Positions 40,440-52,295 of a stretch of DNA of 64,000 nt are shown here, one piece after another. The notes beneath the pieces were generated by a model. It worked only from the letters and a program-made list of their open reading frames with translations. It was not told the DNA's origin and ran no database searches. Source of the DNA: Eledone cirrhosa (Eukaryota); assembly GCA_964016885.1 (NCBI GenBank), contig OZ024746.1:82460001-82524000 (forward strand), written 5' to 3'. A program made the position numbers and the translations under genes. Positions within the stretch are counted from its first letter, which is position 1. Every line of letters starts with the position of its first letter.

Positions 40440-40560
40440 GAGGTTGCTTATAGACCAGTCCTTTCACATAGTCCCATAGAAAAAAATCCCATGGTGTCAA
40501 GTCAGGTGGACGTGGCAGCCAGCACATCTTTATCACTGGCACGCCTGATCCATCTCCCTA
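40440..40560 (-). mobile_element. Tc1/mariner transposase relic
   Basis: WLPRPPDLTPWDFFLWDYVKGLVY resembles the WPPRSPDLTPLDFFLWGYVK motif. Confidence 0.75.
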
Positions 40561-40948
40561 GTAGAAAAAAAACCTTTAACATTAAACTTGGTTAGTTTTT
40601 ACACATTTTGTCAAACTTAGAGATCATTTGGGCGAGAATTGGCTGTTATTAGACTACGAAATTGTGTCATTATAAATATTATACCCTGTATAATATTTAA
40701 TCCCGAAGATTGTTTTATATTGCGTGTTTGGATAGGTAGAATCAAACAAAAAGCTTTGTGGTGTTTAGTTACAGGTCAACGTTCTAAGTTCAAATCCCGT
40801 CGAAGTCAACTTTGTCTTCCATCCTTCCGTGGTCGACTTCCCCTCACCCCACAGATTGTTGACTTTGTATCTAAATTAGAAATAATTAATATCAGGATTA
40901 TTATTTGTTATTGAAGTTAAGCTTCAAATAATGTGTTAGATTAATAAT

Positions 40949-41129
40949 TGTTTCTACTTTTGGCACAAGGCCAGCAATTACCCAGTGTGTTACTGGTACT
41001 TTGTTTTATCGCCCCCCCCCCCCGTAAGGATGAAAGGCAAAGTTAACCTCGGCGGGATTTGAACTCAGAATGGCAAGGGCCGTAACTCTATGCGTCAAAG
41101 CATGGCGTCCGACACTGCCAATCCACCAC
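40949..41129 (-). mobile_element. tRNA-derived SINE, family A
   Basis: B-box gagttcaaatcccgcc on the minus strand; ~19-bp TSD aatgtgttagat(t/a)aataat at 40930 and 41130. Confidence 0.8.
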
Positions 41130-41759
41130 AATGTGTTAGATAAATAATCTCAACAAGTTAGAAATAATCATTTACCTTTAAATAGGAATTCGTATTTTAA
41201 AACGTTCTCGCATGTTTTCTTGTTCAGAAATGACAGAATCAGACCAATGAAACTATCAAAATAGCTTTCTTTCGTTTATAAAAGGTGTATTAAGAGATGG
41301 ATCACTGTTCTAACAAAATAGAGAGAAACATTTATATTAAACAATCTAAATGAATATGTTAATATCTAAACATATACTCATATAATGAAGAAAAAAATGC
41401 AAACGAATATATATAAATTCATCGGTATAAGAGCTTAAATTTCCGTATAGAAACCAACATACCGGCATAAAATATTGAGATTTGAGTGACGTCTTTGTTT
41501 ACATACATTTTGTCAACAAATAACCTACTATTTTGACACATCCAATATGAACAGAGAGACATATTTGTATCAAACTAATGAGCTAAAGTAGAAACAAATA
41601 CAAAAACATAATAACAACATATATAATAGCTAACAAAATACAACCATTAGAGAGAAAAAATATCTTGCGTTGTTATTCTAGCAGTCATAATGGATGGGTG
41701 GATTTATTACCTGAAGAAGGGAAAAGTTAAAGTTAATGGTTATAATGTAATTGACAGAC

Positions 41760-44700
41760 AGTGCACCTTCCTTTTGTTCAACTGGGAGTTGCCAGTCTCA
41801 AACTCGCACGTGGGCGGCCTGGATGCGCAAGTCGTTCTCCTCCTGACCCTGGGACGACAGAGGAGATCAAGCGTTCCACCGGGCGACTGAGCAGGTAAAA
41901 GGAACCCTAACCAAATGCTCGTCCCACACAAAGCCGGCCAGTCTACTGCGGCTGGCGGTTTTACCCTTCCAAGCGGTCGAAACCAACATAATAGAAAGAA
42001 GAACTTGATTCTTGACGCATGGAATGTGCGTACCCTCATGGATAGGGAAACCTCCCTGAGGCCAGAGAGAAGAACTGCCCTCATAGGGAGGGAATTAGCT
42101 CGCTACCGGATCGACATAGCCGCCCTCAGCGACACCAGACTCGCCGAAGAAGGATCAGTAGCAGAACCGAAAGGAGGCTACACCTTCTTCTAGAAGGGCA
42201 ATGCAAAGGACGAGGACAGAATCCACGAGGTAGGCCTGGCCATCAAGACTTCGCTCTGCAAGCAGCTACCAGACCTCCCAACACCTGTGAGTGAGCGGCT
42301 GATGAAGCTCCGCTTCCACCTCGACCCATCTCAGCATGCCACAGTCATCAGCGCGTACGCCCCTACTCTCACCAACAGCGATGAAGCAAAGGACGCTTTC
42401 TGCGGGGAACTCAACGCACTCGTGAAGGGCGTCCCCCCAAGCGACAAGTTCATCCTACCGGGGGACTTCAACGCAAGAGTCGGGTCTGACAGCAGCAACT
42501 GGAGAGGCGTATTGGGACCTCACGGCACAAGGAATCTGAACTCTAACGGCCTCATACTGTTGAGTTTCTGAGCCGAGAACGACCTCATCATCACCAGCAC
42601 ACTGTTCCGCCAGGCAGACAAGTTCAAGACGACATGGATGCACCCCAGATCCAAGCAGTGGCATCTGATTGACTTTGCCATATGCCGCAGGAGGGACATC
42701 CGTGACGTCAGAATCACCAGGGCTATGCGTGGTGCAGAGTGTTGGACCGACTATCACCTTGTCAGGACCATCCTGTCACTGCACATCACCCCCGACGCAT
42801 CGCAAGACTCCGAACGTCTGTAGGCCAGCTTTTGACGTCGCACGACTCAAGCAGTCAGAGCATCATCGTGATTCGTTCACGGAAGACCTGGACGGCCGGC
42901 TGACTGCCCATGGACCACTGACCGGACCCCAACTCAACAGTGGGACCAGTTCAGGTCGCTGGTGACAGAGTCAGCCAAGGCAACCATCGAGCCGAGGAAG
43001 AGAGTCCACCAGGACTGGTTTGATGAAAACGATAAGCGCATCAGACAACTCCTGGACGAGAAGATGAGGGCTTTCATTGAGTGGCAGAATGACAGCTCCT
43101 CCACCTCGAAGCGCGACCGCTTCAAGCACCTCCAGAGGCAGACCCAAGCATTGCTACGCAGAATGCAGGACGAGTGGTGTGAGAAGAAGGCCAAAGAAGT
43201 CGAGAGACATGCTGACACAAAGAACTCCAAGATGTTCTTCAGCGCTATCGCTGACGTCTACGACCCCCCCCCCCCCCCCAAGCCCGTCACCACACCGCTC
43301 CTGTCTGCTGATGGCTCGACCCTGCTTAAGGAGAAGAGCAGCATCAACTTGAGGTGGAGAGAGCACTTCAGCAACCTGCTCAACAGGCCCTCCACTGTCG
43401 ACCCTGCCGCCCTCGACCAGATCCCACAAAAATCCGTAGTCGGCAGCATATGGGAGGAAGATAAGGTGCCCAAAGACTTCAGGGATGCCACAGTTGTCTC
43501 GCTTTTTAAGAACAAAGGCAGCAAAACTGACTGTGGCAACTATCGGGGCATTTCTCTCCTGTCTATCGCTGGGAAGGTCCTGGCTCGGGTCATGCTCAAC
43601 TGCCTCATCGCCAACATCTCGGAGGACAACCTGCCTGAGGCCCAGTGTGGGTTCCGCCCAAACCGCAGCACGATCGGCATGATCTTCTCTGTATGCCAGG
43701 TGCAGGAGAAGTGTGTCGAGCAGAACATGGACCTCTTTGCCGTCTTCATAGACTTGACGAAGGCACTGTCAACAGAGAGGCCCTCTGGTCGATCCTATCG
43801 AAGTTTGGATGCCCGACCAAGACGAAATGACCGGGAAGGTACGCTCAGGCGGAAAGGCATCGGAGCCGTTCGGAATCACCAACGGCGTCAAGCAAGGATG
43901 CGTGCTGGCTCCCGTCCTCTTCAACCTGTTCTTCACCTGCGTGCTCAATCATGCCGTCAGGGACCTCGAGCACGGAGTGTATCTGCAATACAGACTGGAC
44001 GGCTCCCTGTTTGACCTGCGGCGCCTAACGGCCAAGACAAGGACCGTGCAGAGGATCGTCCTGGAGGCACTTTTTGCTGACGACTGTGCCCTCATGGCCC
44101 ACAGGGGTCTGACCTCCAAGTCATCGTCAACAAGTTCCCGGAGACCTCCTGCCTCTTCGGTCTTACAATTAGCCTTGGCAAGACTGAGGTCCTGATCCAG
44201 CCTGCACCTGCCTCCGTCGCTCACCCTCCTTCCATCTCCATCGGAGGGACCCAGCTAAAGATGGTGGATGCCTTCAAGTACCTCGACAGTGTCATTAGCA
44301 GCGGTAGAAGCCTCGACAAGGAGATAAACTCCAGGCTCTGCAAGGCCAGTCAAGCCCTCGGCCGCCTGAGGACACGCGTCCTGAACCAGCACAACATCAG
44401 GCAGTCCACTAAGCTCAAGGTATACAGGGCCGTTGTTTTCACCAGCCTCCTCTACGGATGTGAGACATGAACCCTGTACAGAAGGTACCTGAAGCAGCTA
44501 GAACGGTTCCACATACGCAGCCTGCGGTCAATCATGAACATCAAATGGCAGAACAATGTCTCCAACCTCGTAGTTTTTGACATGGCTGAGACAACCAGTG
44601 TCGAAGCTATGATACTGAAGAGCGGACTTCGATGAGTGGGACATGTCGTCCGGATGGACGATCACAGGATTCCGAAGCAACTGATATATGGGAAACTCTG

Positions 44701-45064
44701 TTCGGGGCACCGAAAGCAGGGCAGGCCTCTCAAGAGGTAGAAGGACTGTGTGAAGTCCAGCATCAACAACACTGGAATCGCCTCAAAACAACTCGGGTCC
44801 CATGCTCAGGACAAGACTGAGTGGCGAGCCCTTACCAGACGCGCCAAAGACTCATTTGAAGAGAAGAGACGGGCAGAGGTCACTGAGGCCCGTGAAAGGA
44901 GAAAGGCATCAGCAGCTGTCTCAAACGACTCCGGTCTCTTCTCCTGCCTCCACTGTCCCCGGATCTGCAAGTCAAGAATCGGCCTCCACAGCCACCTTTG
45001 CGCCCACGGCAGACGGGAACAACAATAAAGAAGATGTCATCGTTTACAATGGACAACCAAGACG
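41760..45064 (+). mobile_element. Near-full-length GC-rich RTE-BovB-like LINE, pseudogenised
   Basis: AWNVRTLMD...RPERRTALIGREL (APE start), SAYAPT, GDFNARVG, HPRSKQWHLIDF, NYRGISLLS, GVKQGCVLAP, FADD and a C-terminal C2H2 finger CLHC...HLCAH; multiple stops, frameshifts and internal deletions. Confidence 0.92.
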
Positions 45065-46984
45065 TTTTCTCGTTATAAGTAGATAGTGGTTTTGAAGGAA
45101 CATAAATAGATTAGTTAGATGTCTGAAATTATTACCAAGGCAGTGCTCCAGCATGGACGCAGTCCAACAACTGAAGCCACCAAAAGAATAAAGGAATACT
45201 TATAAGTTATATATGTGTATTTTTAATGCCGAATTAAAAAGTTGTTATCGTGTATATATTTTCTGTTTAAAAGGGTTATCTCCCTTTTTATCGAAAAAAA
45301 GATGGCGTCAATAGTTTTTAGAATTGCAAGTAAAGGCCCATAACTCTAAATAGTTTAATATTTGTAAATAATAGTTTTAGGTCCACGGGGGATAACTCTA
45401 ATTTTGCAAGTTGCTTTAAATTATTAATAACAGAATCGGTGATATGGCCAAAAAAATGATTTAACTACATACTTTTTACAATCTGAGTTAAATTTCTGTC
45501 AGGGAAAATTTTGCCTTTCATCCATTTATAGTTGATAAAATATGAACTGACTCGATTAAATTGTCGTTGCTGTCCCCAAAATATGCGTCAGAAGGCAATT
45601 ACGCCACTGATATTGTTAATAATTAAAATTATTATTATGATTGTTGTATAATAAAGCAATCCTTGCATTTATTAGTTAAAGCGTCGAACGAAATACTTTG
45701 CGGTGTTTCTTACGGCTCCTTTCAATTCCCATCAACTTTGTCTTTCATCCTTCCGGGTGTAATAATGTACCAGTCGTGTAATGAGGTCGATATAATCGAC
45801 TTTCCTCTTCTCCCAAATTGCCGGCCATCAGGCTATTATTGCAGTTGTTATTGTCTGTTAAAATGCTTCGTAGCATATAGTTACGGTCCTTCACATTTTG
45901 AGTTCTAATCCCGCCGATATTAGCTTTGCCTTTCATTCTTACGGGATCAATAAAATAAAATACCAGTAACGCCCCTTGGTCGATTTAATTGACTTTCTCC
46001 TTCCCTTCAAATTGCTTGCCCTGTGCCAAAAATAGAAACAATTATGATTATTTTTTTATTAATCAGAAATGGTCCGCAGGAAGAAAACATTAAAGACGGA
46101 AAAGGATGCTTGGTTTTTATCGTAAAATAATATAACAAAATAAACAACATATAAAATTCAAACAAAATAAACCTCAATCATTAATAGAATAAGAGTAAAT
46201 ACACAATAACTCTGTACTGTGGGGTAAATAAATTTCCATAATCACCACCGCTTAAAGATGACTTGTTCGAAAAGGAATTGGAGCAAGTATAAACTTTATT
46301 CCTACCAATTTTTAATTACTTATCCACTTACTTCTACAGTAGCTTATAAACAACCATTAGAATTATATGTAATACATTTGATCTTTTACTTAGTTCACTC
46401 ATGAAACTGAGATTATGCTAGGACAACGCCCTGAAGGAATTTCATCGATTAGATTAATCCCAGTATTAAATTTTCAGGTTTCATATATAAATTGTATTGG
46501 GAAGTGCATATATTATATACATATATGTGTGGAGGGAGTGTATGTGTTCTACACAATATAATTTAATAAACATAAACATAAACACAGAACGGACAAGGGT
46601 ACATAAATACATAAATGTGTATGCATGTGTCCTAACATTACCTCGGTGTAATGAGTGAAACAAAAGTACTACATATAATTGTAATGGTTGTTTATAAGCT
46701 CTCTCCCTCTCTCTACACACACACGTCCGTCAACTAACCTTCGCTGACAAGACACTGGTCAACCCAACGCTATTTTATAAGACATCTGCCCAAGGTAACA
46801 CACGCTGGGACTGAATCCCAAATAACATATCTGCGAAGTGAACTCCTTTACAACACGTATGCCCTACCCAATAAAATATTTAAACAACTGTCATGACTCT
46901 GTGACTCGCCATCACAATTTATATACTCTACTACAGTTCTATATACTATCCAATACAATACAATACAATACACATACACACACG

Positions 46985-46987
<3 letters not shown>

Positions 46988-47061
<74 letters not shown>

Positions 47062-47283
47062 CAGCTCAAAAGTGACCGACATCCAGAGTTGACATTGCAC
47101 TCAGTGCTCCTGTGGGAGCCCCTACATGGACACACTGGAAGAGGAAGACCAAGGTTAACGTATGTTGATGTCCTAAGGACAGACTCTGGTCTGTTGGAGA
47201 CGCAGGACATGGCAGCGATAATGAGGGACAGAGACCGCTGGAGAGAACTCGTCCATGGATCTCGGGAATTTTACCCGCCCTAG

Positions 47284-47353
<70 letters not shown>
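46988..47353 (+). mobile_element. LINE 3' fragment (about 47060-47283) embedded in (TA)n, with an (ATCT)n tail
   Basis: VLLWEPLHGHTGRGRPRLTYVDVLRTD...MRDRDRWR is an RTE-group C-terminal motif; microsatellites on both sides. Confidence 0.7.
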
Positions 47354-47358
<5 letters not shown>

Positions 47359-48294
47359 GTGAAGAGCAAATAAACAAAAATTACCTAAGTTTTTTCAAGG
47401 TCTTAACCAGTTTCGTCAACTGGTATGCAGCTAAAGTGCACTCAAACTCTGATTAATTGAGCAAAATTGGTAAAGTATGGACACCACGCTAGCGTGGAAG
47501 ATGGACGTTAGACGATGATGATGATATATATATATATATATATATATAACTATTCCATGTGCTATTGTGGATAAAATAAAACTAAAATAGTTATCAAAAC
47601 CCTTTCTCCATAACTATAGCTATTAAAAACAATTTTCTCTCTGAATTTAACTCATCATTAACACGATGCAATTTATCACTTCTTCAGTTTGTATATAATG
47701 GCGATGTCCCAGCATGGTCTCAGCTAGTAGAATAGGTATCGATACTTATGAAAGTGTTGTTGTTAGGGAATCTACACAATACTTTAATCATAATTTCATT
47801 TTTTTTTTTTTTTTTTTTTTATATGGGCATAGAACATAACATTTTATTATACTGATAACTAAGACTGTGTGTGCCTTAAGAAGAATGTAAACAAATCTAA
47901 ATTAAATCTGTTATCCACAAACCCAAACAAATGTAAACTATAATCGCACATTCAAACCTACAGCTATAAATCAAATTCAAACACATCCTTCAAACCCATA
48001 ATCTACCCTTCTCAGCCAAACAACAATAACCTGATCCAATTACTGGTATGGGGTTTAAGGATGTCATCAGGCTGCAGCCGTCGTTTTATGTGGTTTTTAT
48101 ATTATTATTTTATATTCTATAATCTTATGCAAAGAAGTAGTATTTTCAAATATATGCCACAATTAGCTACAAATGAAGAAAAGAATTTCGTCAAACAAGA
48201 ATTGAATCAAGATTGCCAACTATGTTTACAGGGATTTCGCATCTATTATCAGGCTTTTACGACGATAATGATGTGTGTGTAGGGGTCGCATGAA

Positions 48295-48304
<10 letters not shown>

Positions 48305-48362
<58 letters not shown>
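48305..48362. repeat. (GA)n microsatellite
   Basis: Direct reading. Confidence 0.95.
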
Positions 48363-48365
<3 letters not shown>

Positions 48366-50869
48366 GTGTGGAGAGAGAGGGGGGAGCATTTCTGGATTAA
48401 TAAACAAGGACTCGTTAGTGATATACTTTCATCGACATGACGACTTGTACATACACGGGTCAACCAGCTCTACATGGACACGCGATGATTTCTTGAACGC
48501 TTTTCAGTATAGAGATGGGTGGCATGATAAAGTCGAACTAATCTGAGCAATCTCGACCTGAAAGCTTTGGATATGGCAAAACGTTTGGGTCCCTTGGACT
48601 TTCAGGTCAGAGTGTGTCAGACAGCTGTATCGATTTTCTGATTGCTACAGGATAACAGATCAGTTTATCTGTGGAAAGAATGGGAAATATAGAAAGTTGT
48701 TTCTTCCTACAATAAAGAAGACGTATTGAGATGCGACTGTTTTTTGTTTTTTTTATATATATTTTTAATCGAATGTTACCTCATCACACCCTGGCAGCCT
48801 AATGAGATCTTGCAAAAGAGAAGAGAATTCAAAGTAACGAGAATTGAAAAATCGGGTTTCTGATGTCCAAAATATAAAACTTCGGGAACCGTTTTTTAAA
48901 AAGCGACAGAGGGTTAAAAATAAACATGCTAATAAATGCTTTTATTATTGTATGTTGCATTGAATAAAAGCATCTTTGCGATTTGGTTTCGATGATTTCA
49001 TCATAACGAAATTTTCATTTAAAGAAATATTTTTATAACCCTTGAATTTCGTTATAATGAAATTTCACCTGTATATTAAATTATGCACTGAGCTGTTGAC
49101 GCATACTAAAAATACGTATCTGTATCGAAACAGTACAAGATTTAACCAAAGTAGCGAAAGTGGGTCTGTAAACAGGCATTTATATATGTACACATATTTT
49201 ATTTATGTATTTTTCTCTAGATTGAATAGGAAGAATGGCTTGACCCCGAGATTTGATTCTAATTAGAACATCTTCTAAAGCTGTATATATCTCTCACGAC
49301 CCCCAGAGAGCTTTGTAAATTTATAAAATCACCAAATATGGCAGTAACAGCGATATACTGGTAGCTAATTTAATTATATATCAAAATGTGTCCCAATCTG
49401 TTGAAATATTCTGTAAAATCGTATATGTACAGAAACTATTTAACCGAAGCTGTGAGTATGTATGTATAAACACCCACATTTATATATTTAGACAAAGATG
49501 GTGAGATTGGTAGAGTTGTTTGAGTGTCGGAGTAAATGTTTAGTAGTATTTGTTTCGGTCCTTCATGTTCTAGGTTCAAATACCATCTAGGTCAACTTTG
49601 CCTTCATCTCCCGGAGTTGATAAAAATAAAACGCCAGTCATGTACTGGAGTCGATTTAATCAACTTTACTCTCCCCAAAAATTGCTGGGCTTGTGCCAAT
49701 ATTAGAAATCATTATTTACGCATTTCGCTGTAGATCGAATAAAGATGAAAACCTGACCTGGATTTCAGTTCTAGTTGGAATCACCTTCAGAAGCTGTTTA
49801 CATCTCTCGTGACCCACAGAGGAATACGCCACTAATAATTTTATAAACCCACCAAATATAGCAGTGTTAACGAACTGGTAATGCTTATTTTAGTTCTTTC
49901 TTCCTTTACAGATGTCTCAACAGTACAATGAAGTAACAACTGTTTTAAAAAAATAACAGTCGTCTTTATTATAAGAAAAAATAACTGCTTTATTTCCCCT
50001 TCTTTCATTCACTTGTATTTTGGTGCTGAAACGTCAGCTCCTTCGCCGTAATTCGAGATCATCCCATAGCGATCACGAAATCAATTCAGCTATCTGACAT
50101 ACATTGACCTGAAAATCCGAGTGTCTCAAAAGTGTTTCCATGCCTAAAGCTTTCTTTGTATAAGCGGTCCGCTAATTCGAATGCTTTTCTCCCTGGTTTG
50201 TAAATGTCTCTTCAATATCTTCGAACAACCCAGCTCTTGTGCGTGGACAAAGTCGACGAAGAAATGTTAAACTGCAATACAATATCTCTCTTCCCTCCAG
50301 CCCCACTGTGAATCAACGGCTTTCAGAATTTCCAACTTTCCTTGTATAATAAAACTCTTGTAACCTTTTAAACCTATTAAAGGTCACGGATTGAAACAAA
50401 TTTCGCAATAATGAAAAATTCGTCAAGCGATGACACAATTCGAATTAATGATGTTCACTCAATAAAAACAAGAAACTATATATTTATATATATACATCAT
50501 AGAGAGAGAAAGTGGGGAGAGGCATTTACCCAACCACCAACCACGACGCCAAGCGGTTTCGTTTAGCATCGTGGTCAGGTCCGTACTTCTCTCTATACCC
50601 AATCTGCATCTCCTCATGCATTGAATACTCCTATGATTTGTGGTTCCCCCCCCCTCCCTCTCTCTCTATATATATATATATGTCTATTCATGGCCTTTAC
50701 ATTTAGCCAAGCTTCATACAACTCTTTTTTTTATTAGTCACTTTATGCTTTGTTTTCCGAAGGACAGATGTTATATATCACTACTTTGCTAACAACGGTG
50801 AAAGTTCACCATCTTTAGAAAATCACTTGTTGATTATATATTCTCCGAAACTAAACTCTTCTTTCATAT

Positions 50870-51200
50870 TGAAAGATAGACCAATTGAAATGGGGCTATA
50901 TTTGTAACTATTGTGTAAAGTTGCCATTTTAATTTTCACTTGAAACTGTCAATGAAAAACTTGACTTGTATACTGATGTATCCATTTTTTTCAGAAGACC
51001 TCTGATACGATTTCTTTTTTCTGCTACCATAAAACACAGTTTGGTTCTGGAATGAAATAAATTAGTTTCATTTAATTTGTCGATCAGCAATTCAGAATCC
51101 ACATGTGAGAGGCTCAGATCATGGATGAGGTCTCTCATTTCAAGTTGATTCAAACTAAAACATTGAGTAATTGATGAGGTTCCTTGAAAATCATTGCCAC
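50870..51200 (-). mobile_element. Degenerate DNA-transposon transposase relic (possibly Sola-like; family tentative)
   Basis: LNQLEMRDLIHDLSLSHVDSELLIDKLNETNL and KMATLHNSYKYSPISIG resemble widespread invertebrate transposase motifs (ELNDLVRDL...AELL.SRLKEKNLL; KAVLLHNGN.Y.SIPIG). Confidence 0.45.
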
Positions 51201-52253
51201 TATCCATATTTGGAGAATTCCGAATAGTTTCGAATGAAAAGTCATCATCCCAACTGAAGTAATGTGCAACAAGGATTCCTAATACGAGTGAACACATCAG
51301 TATATAAAAGGTTAAGCTGTATATCCAACACAGAATCATCGTCCAAGATATTAGCCAAGAATTGATCTAATTTTCAAGGGTCCAGAATTATTTTACTTAT
51401 AATTTATGGTTGCAGTTACTGGAATATTTTCCCCCCAGCTCAAACCCCAAATACATTTAATCATTCTTCTAAATCACGTATCTCATAGGTAACAAATAAT
51501 TCAGGCTTAGAGTAAGCCGTTTAGTTAGCAATATTTTCCCGTCTCATTTATAAGTTTGATGTTATTTAGTTCCACTCAGATCAGCTTTGATCGAATAGAC
51601 ATACGATCAAAAACATTCCACTCTTGACCATCTCGTTTTTTCTATGGATAGGAATGCCCGAACATCGTTATTCAGAGTATCGATTTTTTAAACGATAGGG
51701 TGTGATTTGAGAGAGATTTTGCTGCTATTTCTAGCAAGTTGAACGGCCACGTAAAGGCTCTCTTCGTTGCGCGACAAGCCTGGTGGTGGCGGCGATAGGA
51801 GTGATGGTTCAGAGAAATAGGAAGAGTATAATGGTGGCAATTGCTGCGAACTGATAACAGTAGCAACTTCCTTCACAAACCTATATCTATCGTAGTGAAC
51901 TATGATAAATATATGAAAGAAGAAAAAGAATGAATTACAAAACCACTCAAGTTTAAAGACGGAAGGAAGTAACTGGGCAAATATGCTAAATTTAGGAAGT
52001 GTTGTGAAAACGAAGTTGAATCTACTTTGTTTTCATAATATGACTAATATTGTTTTAAGCTTATTCTTTGTTAAATGACGAGGCATTTATTTTAGAAATA
52101 CAACCCAGATGAAGTAACCAAGCTGAAACTTCGAAGTCACTACTACATTTCTACTAAGAAAATAAAATTTGTACTCTACCCACATATATTGAGTGCTCAT
52201 TCAGTTAATGTTTGAATGTTTTAAGTACTATATTTTAAACTCTCCCTCTCTCT

Positions 52254-52295
<42 letters not shown>

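Noticed and set aside
47395-47430. Hammerhead half-motif (minus strand gacGAAACTGGTTA)
   Set aside because: No upstream CUGANGA core or stem I could be found; at most a truncated relic.
50060-50460. pogo/Tigger-like transposase relic and TIR-like ends (also near 49000-49070 and 53820-53840)
   Set aside because: Only vague similarity with frameshifts; boundaries could not be defined by eye.
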